A stretch of DNA of 50,376 nucleotides from the NCBI GenBank assembly GCA_000934665.2, contig KZ538158.1:62001-112376 (forward strand), in the 5' to 3' direction. Position numbers and translations under genes: made by a program. The stretch comes from Catajapyx aquilonaris. Taxonomy: Eukaryota. Every line of letters starts with the position of its first letter. The stretch's first letter is position 1. Positions 14,301 through 26,300 of this stretch are shown here, piece after piece. A model generated the notes under the pieces. That model worked only from the letters and a program-made list of their open reading frames with translations. It did no database searches and was not told the DNA's origin.

Positions 14301-17300
14301 CATGTTTTTCCATCGTATATAGACCGGAGGTCAGACCAAGATCGCCGATTTGGCTATTGTGCGTAAGGCAAGGGTTGAGGAAAGGTGGCGGATTTTAATC
14401 GGGGTGGTGTTACTTTTGGAAGTCTTTTGCACCGGTGTGTAAACAGTTTTGCAGGATTACGACATTTTGAGTTTACGACCCAGGTGAATTTCATAACTTC
14501 GGCAGGACTTCCAAGTTATACAACCACGTAAAGTTGGGTACTTGCTCAGTACCGGGTGTTCCAGGAATGGCTTTTCTATGATCTGGTGAATACCCTACTA
14601 CAAAGATCACAACTTGAACATACTACACCTGTAGAAATGCACTCCCATGACGAAATATGAAGTTACATGCAATTTTCTACAACGTGAGGAATACCAATTT
14701 ACCGGCGTATGACGACCGTGACGTACGTCTGACTGCATCGAAAGGCGTGGCTTACGTTCAGTAATTTTTTTTCTTCCTCCCCTGCCGTTGTAATGACCCG
14801 CGTGAGTACGAAACGTGTGGCAGTCATATAAGTACATTGCAAGCGGCAACACCGGACTTTTGCCGTCAGAAGCTAACAAGCAAGTTGGAGGGGCGGACCT
14901 TCCACACATTAGCACCAGTGCTCAACAGGTGTGTGTCGATCGGCGTGTGTGTGTGCAGTGTGTGATAATAAGTGAACAGATGGGGATCAGTGTGGTCAGT
15001 TGGTGACATGGAAGCGGTGGGAACCAGCTGGGGATGGTAACTGTGGTGCTAGAAGTGCCAGAATATGGCTTCGTACCTGAGATGGATTCGTGGCGGGTCA
15101 AAGGGCACCAAAGATGATGTGTTTCAGAAGCCAAGGAGCAGGTCGCTGGATCCCAAGGCTCTTGAGGCGTCCGGGATTAAGGTGTTTTTGAACAACATCA
15201 ATAACAACCACAACAGCTACACAGTCAACCACAACCACTGCAACAATGGCATCACAGTAAGGGTTTGACCTCGGGTTGCGGTTATTAATAAAAAAATAAG
15301 GTGTGGGTCGTACGGGTTCAGATAAGAATCGAGATGTCAAAGCAAAGGTGGATTGATCCTGCTGTATGATACGAAGCTATTGTTCCATTCAGCCATGTTC
15401 GTGCGAATATTTTGCAACAGATGTTTCTAATGACATTTTATTCTGCTTACAGAGAGATCGCCTGGCCCATCCTCCTATCAGCTCAGGTAAGTGCAATATT
15501 TGCACCTATCCACGCGATTTTTTTTAAACTGTACAAAAAAAATCTTGCGAAACAGGCCAAGGTTAGTATCGTACGTAACAGTGTGGATGTGTTATTAAGT
15601 TGCCCCCGAAAAAGTGGGTCAACCGGTTGTGTGTGAAAGTGTATCGTTCAGATGGGAAGGATGTGGAAGAAAAATGGCAAATGTTTTTGTTTGCGAATGC
15701 CACTGGTTGACCTTCGACCCGCGAACGTACGAGCTCATGTACGATCACGAAAAGCGTGTCCACGCACCTGCGTGTGTGTGCTCACAAAATTAGGGATTGG
15801 TAATACCAACTGGGTGAACGTCCGATGACTAGGTGTTGGTCATATTGTGTTGCAATTTTTTCCGTATATATATCCTGTATGCCAATATGACTTTTTATAA
15901 TACGTATTTAAAGGCCTAGAGGACGTTTCAGTTAGAAACAGCATATTAGTGTTTTTTTTGCAAAATATTTGCAAGTTTTTTTACATCATTTTTTGCTGTA
16001 ATGCTGGGTGCTTCCTCGTGGTTTTCCCCAGCCGTCCTTGACCCGTCAGTTTCAATTTCTGTATATTAGACCTAGAATCAGCTTGGAACATTTGTATGTT
16101 GGTGCAATAAAAGGTACCTCGGTTTCTGTTTAGAAAGAGATAGTGCTCCGTTGACCTTATCGAGCCGATTCTGACGTCATTGGATGCTGCGAAAAAAAAG
16201 AGCGACAGGTTGATGGGAGATAGAGAGAGAAACCTGTAGAAAACTGGGACGGTGAAAGACGAGCCGGGAATGTTTGATTGCCGAGAGTGTCACTTGAGCG
16301 GCATCAATCAATCGCGTCTCCGAGTTTAAACGCGCCGTTTGATGTTCTTTCGTGGGAGTGGCTTCCGGTTTCTGGCCTGGTTTTCACGCTTCGGACACCA
16401 CGAGTGGTTGTCACTCATTGTTGAGTCACGGATTGCGACATGTCATATTTTACTGCGATCATATTTTTATTTAAAATTATGTACGCCGCTAGGGGACAAC
16501 GTCCTAGACAACTGGTTGTTGATTGTGAAAGTGTGGAATTAAATCTCGAAAACATCATTAGCCTGGATACAGTAATCAAGGGCGAACTGTAGGAAATTGC
16601 ACATGTTTAGTCTGGCGATTTGAATACGACGCATACTGCACACTGCGCTGTATTTTTTTGTAATCTGGCAGGTTTATTGCAAGAATTGACTTGTACACCT
16701 GCAAGTATTTGCAGAATCTGAAAATTTGCATGCTGCGTACAACTGGGACGAACACATGGCAGTAGTACAATTAGCCACATGCCAGGATGATGCATGTACT
16801 AACTGTCACTATTTGAATGTAAATCCTGAGGGAAGATCGAAATCGTACCCACGTTTTGTTGTCATAATGGAGACTCGAAGAACGCTTTGTATGCAAACAC
16901 ATATGCCTCCGATAATCTTACACAACATAATTTACTCATGGATGCTAATATGTTATGTAATGGACACCAATCATGAGAGGGTCATATATGCCGCTCATCT
17001 TGTTTTTATATGCTGCACATTACGTGCACTGCAGTATATACCTAGAGCAGTATTTTTTGCATTCCGCCCTTGGGGATTCCAGGTGAATCTTCTAGATCCC
17101 GTGGGAATAATTTGGGAGAATCGTGTTGAATCTCATTGGAATGTCGGCTGCCATCTTGGAAATTTTCGAAAGTGCTGTTTTCCAACATTTATACCAAGTG
17201 CACCAGTGTAGAAGAGCCTATCTGAATGCCACCCACTCCGAACAACCCAAATGATTGCGATACGAAGCTAACGAGTAGTTGTCATCATGCATTTGACAGA

Positions 17301-20300
17301 CAGTCCCTCGAAAATTATAGCAAGCTGCAGAGCTTAATATCGCTCTCAGTTGTCCGGAGTGGGTGGTCTGTCTGTGAGAGGACTGTCGCTGTCCACAGTG
17401 TAACATGCTGTAGTAGCTGCACCGCGGTCTAATGAATTCGGTAAGCATGCCGGCTGAGCCCGTAAAACCTTACGAGACCACAACCTCGAACATGACCGAG
17501 CATATGTTGACGTTAGAAAAGCAGTAAAACCCTCCCATATTAAAAAACGACACAGTGACGCAACGGCCCTGGACATCTTTCAAACAAACACGTGAGTGTA
17601 CCGCTAACTCCGAAGATGTCACAAGACCCGTGGGAAAAATACACCATAATACGCAACACCTCATTGTTTACATATCGGAACCAGCCAGACAATACAGTAA
17701 TGTGTCAGATATTTTTCATAGGACCAGTTTTTGTGAGTTACTGGCTGTTGAACCCTGCGGATCGTTACTCGTTGCACGTTGTAGTCCGAGGCGTTAGAGG
17801 CGCACGGCGCTTCGTACCATGCTGCCATCTGTACGGCTTCATTTCCACCGTTGCCAGGAACATTTATTTTTTTCTTTCTACAAAAACCCTCCCTGCCACT
17901 CCACCACCCTCCAGTTCCTTCGAGTGTAAAAAATGGGCATTAGAAGCTACCTTGCTGATTAGAAGCACGTAGGCACTGCTCAGAAGGTGACGTTTAAAGT
18001 GTTAGGTGCGAATAATCCGGACGCGTTGGCAACACTGCCTTATCGACTCCAGGACCACGGGGGGGTTGGAGGGGGGGGNNNNNNNNNNNNNNNNNNNNNN
18101 NNNNNNNNNNNNNNNNNNNNNNNNNNNNNNNNNNNNNNNNNNNNNNNNNNNNNNNNNNNNNNNNNNNNNNNNNNNNNNNNNNNNNNNNNNNNNNNNNNNN
18201 NNNNNNNNNNNNNNNNNGGGGAGGTTGTGTATTGCAAAAGTGCGTGATGCTGTTTTGCTGCAGGTGGTTTTATTAACCGGAGATTTGTGAATAATATTTA
18301 CAATTTTAAACCGGGAGTTTCATTTTCAAGGTGTTGCTGAATGTTTTTTTTATTATTGGAAAGTACTAGTCAAGGTTAAGTGTTTGCAACACCTTTTAAC
18401 GCAAAAAAATTAAATATGGATATGGACTGTGCCAGAGTTTGGTTTTTTAGCTAGTGAAGGTTGTTTTATAGGTTACAGTTGACGGGAGGCGGGTTCTATA
18501 GGGTCGTAAATTCCGTTCTTGGGCTGTGAAACAAAGGAGCGTGGAACGTGAGTAAACTCAGTCTGGATATGGGATTCACTGGACAGTTGTAGGGAAAAGA
18601 ACCACGTATTGTGTTGCTAGGTAGAGGGGGGGGGGGGAATTGCCAGTCGTCTAATATCCATAAATATGCCGGTTGCATATAATAATGTGAAGCCGGAAAA
18701 ATGGGCGAACAAACAAGTCGTGTTCATGCACCAATATGGAGCAATCTGGCAGTAAGCATGCGCTGTCAAGTCATGAGGAGAAATCGGTTTTACATAACGT
18801 GTGGCAGGTGTACTTGCCATTTTTATTTTTCGAAAGTTCCACATGACGTCACGACTATTAAAAAAACTGGTTACTTGTAGAGTGGATCATACGATGCTTC
18901 CGGGTCATTTTACTAGTCCGAATCGCAATATGTGCTGAGTGATAAAGACGGGGGAAGTGTTGACTCTGTGTACTATTGCAAAGGATATAGTGTGTCACAA
19001 GTTTTGCTATGATATCATCATGAGGCTGCGCACGTTCGTTATTACGGTTTTATGATGTGACATTATACCCGAATTGCGTCAAACGCTTAGTGAGTTTAGG
19101 GGCCCTTGATTGATGCGGTTGTTGTTATGTGAATATCACATGTGTTACTAACGTGATGTCCAGAAATTTCGTGCATATCAGCAGGGATTGGTTCAAGTTC
19201 ACCAGTACGTTATCGTACGATCAACCCCGATATGAGTCCACCTGGAAGAATGTCATTCACACCATTATCGCAATTCTTGCCTAAATTAGGTTGCACAACA
19301 ATTTGGGCTAATTATTGTGTCACATTGCATTACCCGGTTACGTAACAGTAATCAACGAACTCTGGCACAAACCACTGATTTATTAGCGGTACCAGTTTCT
19401 CATGACGTCATGGGTACATCGCATAGCCGGTTCAGGTGTCACCCTGCCCACCCCCCCGGTTGAGTAATGAGTAAAACCTCCTGCAGCTGAGCAGCAAAAC
19501 GGCCCTTTGTATCCAGCAGCGATAAAAAAAGGAAACCCGATCCTCGCCTGACGACATCTTCCGGATTCCGGGGTGAGATGGGACCGGAGCCTGGTCAGGG
19601 GTGACCTTGCCCCATTGAACCAGTAGCATGGCCATGGCCACCAGATCGCGACGCAGCACCCAGCGAGAGGCTTCGGCTCGGGTACGGGAGCCGCCGTCCT
19701 TCGGTCCGTCGCGGTACTACCTCCAGACGGACCACCAGACACGAGGGCCGCCCCAGATGATGCAGCCTCCGACCCCACCGCACCTGTACCCCCACCAGCA
19801 CAGGCCGCCCTTGCAGGACCTCTTGCTCAGACACCTGAGAAAGGGCCTGTGGAAGTCTGAGGAAGGTCCCACCGCCACCACCGAGGCCATCTTCAGGATC
19901 AGGTCACGGTCACTGGACAGCGGGCCGCCCCTGAGAGGAAGCAGGGCGGCCCGTGGTGGGAAGGGCCCCCTGCCCGGTACCGATTGTGAGTCGACGTATC
20001 GGATTTATGAGACCATCCTGAAGGAAGGTGCGTGCTGGTCAGGTGCTGTCGACAACATTGTGAGCGTATTTATGTGACATAAGTAATAATATCGCGTTCT
20101 TTGAGGCTACCGGACGTACCAATGATGTGAATTATTGCCGACGCTTGCTTTCGACCTTGTCCTTGGAAGTTTCTGGCCAGTATTATTTTGCTGCATAGTA
20201 TGAAACTGGTTTGTACGAAGGTCTTACCAGCAGTGATGCAACAGTGCAGCGAACCGTTGAAATGCTGGCCCGTATTTCCTATGACTAAAATGTCCCCGGC

Positions 20301-23300
20301 TATAATTGGGCAGTGAAGCAATGGATCATTTGCTTGAGGATCCCGGTATAATGAGCACTATAATTAGACCGGATGATTTTAGGACGCGATATGTTGAGTC
20401 GGCCAGAACGTTATGTGACAAAATGAGCTGGGTCGAAAAAGGTCAACCGTGGTTGTGCTGTGTGTCTGTGGGGATTGGTGTGATGGTGAATCACGTCCTC
20501 GTATGTTTGATTACAGCCGCCCTTCCTTTTGGACAGGGGTATCTCGACGGCACTCAGTTGATCCTGAGCGTCGGAGGGCGTCGCTGGGAGGTGCCCTACA
20601 CCACCGGAGTTCCGACGCCTTCCTCGACCCTAACCACGCAGCCATTCTCTTCCGGGACTCCAGAGGGGTATGTTGCTTTTACTTGGTGGTTAGAAGGACC
20701 TGGTTTCCACCAAGTACCAGGCGGAAGTTGGGTTCAAAGTTTTCATTGTAAGGATTGTCAAGATGATAGATTAGTCTTAATGGCCTGCAATGGTTTTCAA
20801 ACTTTCTTGCCTCCACTTTGGCGAGTTAACCTCCTTAACAAATTGTCACTATCCAGTAAGAGATCTGAATGTTTATATGAATTTTGCATATCAGTTAGTG
20901 GGGAGGGTTAGTCCAAAGGTGGGCGTGAACCGATCAAAAATTTAAATATTTCGTTAGAGCTGTGCTGGAAAGTGACAGTGTGCTAATGAGAGTAAGTGGC
21001 CAAAGTCAGTCTGTGGTCTTTTACCCTTCCATAAGTGGATCACAGTCAAGAAAGCTTGAGCAACAATGCTGAGGTCTACAGGAAAATTATCTGCTGGTTT
21101 TGAATGGCCTGAACTTTCTCTTGAACTGAACATAGTCCATGTATTGCGAACGTTCGAGGTAGTTTTTTTAAGTAGTTTTTTTAAAATTACGGAATAAGCT
21201 ACATGTACTTCTAGGGACAGAAGAAACAATGTTGCTATGTTAGATTAAATGGAAGGATCCTTTTAATATAAATCGAGCTAGTCATTTGGAGTTATGTGGG
21301 AACCACTAGTAGACTAAACAATATCATTTTTTTCTAAGCTCCATGTAGGTCAAAAAGGTTGTTTCCATTAATGTAACACTATATATAAGGGAAATAATCT
21401 GCATCTAAAAATAACTGATGGTCACTATAATGATGAGTAATGTGTAATGGAAAAACTTGTACATTATAGTACGTTTCACTTGGACAGTGTGGTGTGAGTC
21501 ATGTTCACTGTGTAATTTCATTGGTTAGTTCACACAGCCATTTTTCCCAAGCTTAACTTTGCATGTAAAATTAAGCATTGGCAGAGGTAGTGAGCCAACG
21601 TTACTTCACTCTTGGATGGTAAAATTAGGGGGAAAATATGATTACGTCTTGTAAATACTGCTACATAATCAGAGTAAATGGTGATACAACTGTCCCTTAT
21701 ATGTTTCAAAGATGATACTGGAGAAGTATTTTTGTCAGAATTTTTTAATGACAGTGCTTCCGTAACTCAGATCCATTTGAATCAGTTGGGAGTTATAGAA
21801 GCTTCACTGTAATTCGTAGTACAAGAAGCGAACTTGACCTATTTTTGTGTACTTGCACAATGTTACTGTATGTCAACGGTTTTATCAGACTACGTGCATG
21901 TTGCGCTCTCTGGTCAATCCTAAAGCCCTATTTATAAACCCTGCCATAATGAATCCCTCTCTACATGTTTAGCAAATATTGTGTGGAAGTTCCAGTCCTC
22001 TGTTGCACGGGAAGTCACGCACTGTTTTCAAGGGCAAGCTTCTCTCTTATTCTTTTTTTTTTGTTACGTCCGTCGTCACTGGGGACCCAGACACGAACCC
22101 GAGATGTGGCTGGCACGTACCACCATCCAGACTGAATCACTTCTGGAACTTCCCAAGCTCTGGATGAATTTGGATTTCACTCGAACTGAAACTTTGCGGA
22201 AAAGAAAAGCCGGGCTGAGTTGAAAACAATTGAGGTTTTTTGCTGGTTTTGGGGGTGTCTAGTCGTTAGTGAATGGATTGCAGGAAACTAGAAAAAAAAG
22301 GAGATTAAAGTTGAGTCTATTTGCGCTAATGGTAGGTGCAATGACCTAAACTGCGCAAAAAGCGACGCTAATGTTTATTCCGAGCCCGTTTGCGGTTATC
22401 TGTTGGTCTCAGGCAAAAAAGACTTAAAAGTTTTATTGTTGTTCGGGAGGAATTTGTTTCTGCTTACAGAAGCAGAGCCACGGGATATGCACAGTTGGTT
22501 CTGACTCTGCAGGAGAGAAATATCTGAAGCACAGGCGGATTCATATAGTTTGTAAGCCAGACACACACATTTGTTACTATTTTTAGTGCTCACGGTGTAA
22601 GCCCCCCCCCCCCTCCCCATATGATCAACGCATTTGGAAAACTGTTTATTCAACAGTACTGGGGAGATTGAATATTTGTGTACATTAACTGTATTTTTTT
22701 TTTGAATGGATTGACTTGATGAGATTGAGAAATACTGCTGGCCACTCTACATGGTGAGTCATAAGCTATAATGTGTAACAAATATTACACTGAAAAGTTA
22801 CAGCCGATTTCCCTTCAGTGTGTGCTTCTTGACCAACAGCTGGTTTACCAACATGGCGTAAATTATAGCTCTGATAATTCAATTTTATTATGCCATAAAC
22901 TATATTTCAACACTCTTGCAGCTGATGTGATGCAAGGTTGTGTCTGAAACTGTTCTTAATAACATCTCAGTATAGTCTACTGAGTCTTCAATCATTTGCC
23001 GGTTACTGCCTGCTTCCAAACCCCAGTGCAAGTGAAAGGATCTGCCACCTTGTCAATTCGAATCGAATTCCTACTTCGTGACCTGACCTACGAAACGGCC
23101 CTTGACGTTTTGCCGGGCAAAGCATGCAAATTGGATAGAAAAGGAGGAGCTGGGTTCCTTCCATGTTGGTGTATCCGAAGGGGGGGTGGTCTGTGTGACG
23201 GTCCTGGATAGTAGTGGGGTAGGGAGAGGTGGGGAGGTAGAAACCCACCCCACTATTCCCTCCCCATGTAACCGACGGCGCAACTCCGGAATAAAACCCT

Positions 23301-26300
23301 CCGGTAGCTTTGGGCTGCCTTCTGGCCCTGTTCAATATCGAGGCGGGCTTGGAAAAGGGCTGGTTTTTATTTCTTGGGGAGCCACACACTGCCAGGTTGA
23401 GATTAGGATTGAATGAAGAGGTGTGGGTCGAGGTCAGAGGTTAGAGTGTCGCGACGGAGCGGTGGTGGACGCGACCTGGAGACGAGGATGTGCGGGGGGG
23501 AAGCAGCTTGGACCTGACAGGGACGATACTGACCAGCCTCTACAATCGGCTGGCGGCCAACATCAGCCAGAAGCGGAAGCATGGATTCAGGTCACTGTTC
23601 AAGAGGGTACGACACATAGTTTGACCCTTTCGCAGGCCAAAATTGTATTATATTATTAGTTCTGGGGAAGTTTGTACTGTACATAATATGTATGCCACAG
23701 CCACCTAACCCACTCTTAGACTACTGCGAGTGCTGAAGATATTATAGGGAGTTCCCACGCATTTGTTTGTTTGACCATAGTGAGCGTTAACTGCACTATA
23801 GCTGACCACTTAATTATAGTGTAGCATCTAAGGACCGGTTGTATCACCGCATATTAGGAAATAATGTTCTGTAATGTATTGGGACGGTTTTCCTTCCATA
23901 TGTGCCTGATAGGATTCTCCCATAGTTTTCTCATACATTATACGATGTTAAGTTGTTGACAACTACAGCTAACTTTAGTAGAAGGACGAATACCCCACAT
24001 TTGATGGACTTCATCTCATGAAGTCGAAACCTGGTTTTAACTACTTTTTTGTTTGTGTTTCAGCTTCCAGTCGCAGATCCTTTCCTGGAGAGGGTCAGCC
24101 TAGCAGATTTGGGTGAGTACCATTGTTTTTGTTGGGTAGGTTCGTCGACATTGGGGGGTCAACTTGTTGCGTAACTGCTGTTGCCGCTGCCTTTGTGTGT
24201 TCTTCTGATCGATCAGTGGGGCGACCTTATATACTTCAGGAAGGTGGGGAGGTTGCACAAGAGTATGTGCCACCTAATTTGTGGGCCTGTCTCGTCAACA
24301 CTTTTTTTTTCTTCTCTTCCGGTGGAAGCTTCTTGCTCTGTTCGAATTGGAATCTTGGCGTGCGAGGAATTCTGCTGACATATTTTCCTGGGCTAGGAAT
24401 CGATCTGGAGGCAAAAGTTTTTTCGTGTGCGAAGAGGTTGCCCCCATACCTTGCTGTTTCATCCTGTCATATATGCAACCCACAGTTCAACCAAAGTATG
24501 GCAGGCCCTGAAAGTAATCCTGGATTGCTGTCAAGAAGCTCTTTGCATTTTTTTTCTCTCTCTCCATCTTTTGCAACACCACAACCTGCACATTTCTGTC
24601 CTTGGGTATATAACCGGGAGCTGTCGTCATCCCCAAACACAAACTTTAATCGGAGCATCTCACAGCGCATTGATCGATGCAGTGGGTGGGTTGGACCGGC
24701 TGATGCAATAGCTGGTTAAAATAATAGATATAAAATAAACTGGGTCTAAAATTAAGCGCGGATTTGATCTGACTTGGAGAAACATGGCGCCGGATGAAGG
24801 AGCAGCAAGGTCGCCCAGCACCTTTATAAACATACGGGTCGGTTGCCAAAAAAGCGGTACGGTACGGATGAGGTCGAAGTCCAGACCAATCGGGGGCGAG
24901 GGTGTGTGCGGATCGCAGTTTGGGATCCTGCGATGAGATGACTTAGAGAGAGATGCTGTGCTTTCATTACTACTCTAGTTATGTGGGACTCAAATTCGAG
25001 GATCAGGAGGACATATACCGGTTGGATCAAATCAAGGAGTTTGATTCGGTGGATCCAAACTGGTTTGAGTATCTGTCCGAAGTGTTGGTACGAGGTAGGC
25101 AGACATCCCTTGTGTGTGTGTTGTGTCAACAGTTCGAGGCTTTTGAAGTGGGTTGGAATCAAACGGGGTGTGTTGATACGAGCGGGTTTGTGGGTGGTTT
25201 TAAATTCGTGGTCGTCGAGGGATCGGGCGTTGGAAGCGAACTGTGATGTTTCGTTGGACTTGAGCTAACGTTGTGGGCCAAAAAAAGCAAAAACAAAAAT
25301 ACCCAATCAGCGCTCGTAAATAAGCAAAAACCTACCACCAGCCAATCACGAACCGCGCTTTCAAGGCCACCAGTGAGCAAATCACAATCACTGACGTCAC
25401 TGACCCAATAGGATGCCACCACGTAATCGCTCCCCAATCAGTGAGGAGCAGTTACGTGGTGGATTCCCATTGGGCCAGTGACGTCAGTGATTGTGATTGG
25501 CTCACTGGTGGCCTTGAAAGCGCGGTTCGTGATTGGCTGGCGGTAAGTTTTAGCTAATTTACGCGCGCTGCTTGGGTCACCGATGCCCTTGAGTTGGTAA
25601 GTGCATCCCTGCATCCGACGAAGAGTTACGACGCAGCCAAAGTGCCAAGGAGGATGAAAACACGGCCAAGAGATTAGTGAAGGACGCATACCGTGACGCT
25701 CCCATCTGTTGCACACCTGCCTGTGTGACAGTACTTTAAGGGAGATTAGAAAAGAGAAAAATATGTATCTGGCACCCTTCCACTCTAACCCTAATACCTC
25801 TGGATATACCTGTGGTCATGGACACTCTCACGACCTCCCAGGTATTTATGCCTTCACTCGCTCATCTTCTGGGTTTACGACTACTGTAAAACTCATCCCT
25901 TGGGTTTGAACAGTGCGGTCTGAGGGCGATGGTCGCATTTCCGGTGCGGCGGGTGTAATTAAAATGGGTCCAAACGAGCTTTCGGAGTACTCAAAGTACG
26001 GCGGTACCCGAAAAATACTTGGCACCGGATGAAGTTTGTAACAAGGCGCAGTACCGTTGGGGTTATACCGATCGGTTTTTCGTGCCGAGGACAATCAACC
26101 GGACTTTCTATCGATTTCCGACCGGTATGTAAGCAAACGCCTACTGCAGCAGCCTAATAGTCTCATGCCTAGGAGGCTACTATTAGACTGTTTTTGCAAG
26201 AAAAAAATATTAGGCGAATCGATACATGCCAATTGGGAGATGCCGTGTAAATGAATGGGGCGCCCGCCTTAATTGGGACTGATTGGGTCGGATTGCTTTC

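Noticed and set aside
16726..17211. 161-aa intronic ORF (and similar ORFs at 7029-7581 and 13986-14366)
   Set aside because: No recognisable protein features or transposase/reverse transcriptase motifs; consistent with chance ORFs.
17432..18751. Tiny ATG-plus-donor candidates (MNS at 17432-17440; MEQSG at 18736-18751)
   Set aside because: Too short to distinguish from chance without transcript data.
20306..20911. 201-aa plus-strand ORF
   Set aside because: It overlaps the real AMPK gamma exon 20537-20667 in another frame, starts at TTG and has no recognisable domain.
24123..24719. 198-aa intronic ORF
   Set aside because: Non-ATG start, intron-like composition, and no motif or convincing splice context.
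25911..26128. Possible extra first exon before the CBS exons (donors GTATGT 26125, GTAAGC 26129)
   Set aside because: The phase-compatible frame has no ATG, and the ATG 26029 frame creates TAG on splicing from the 26129 donor. It could be a non-coding exon, but I cannot support that.
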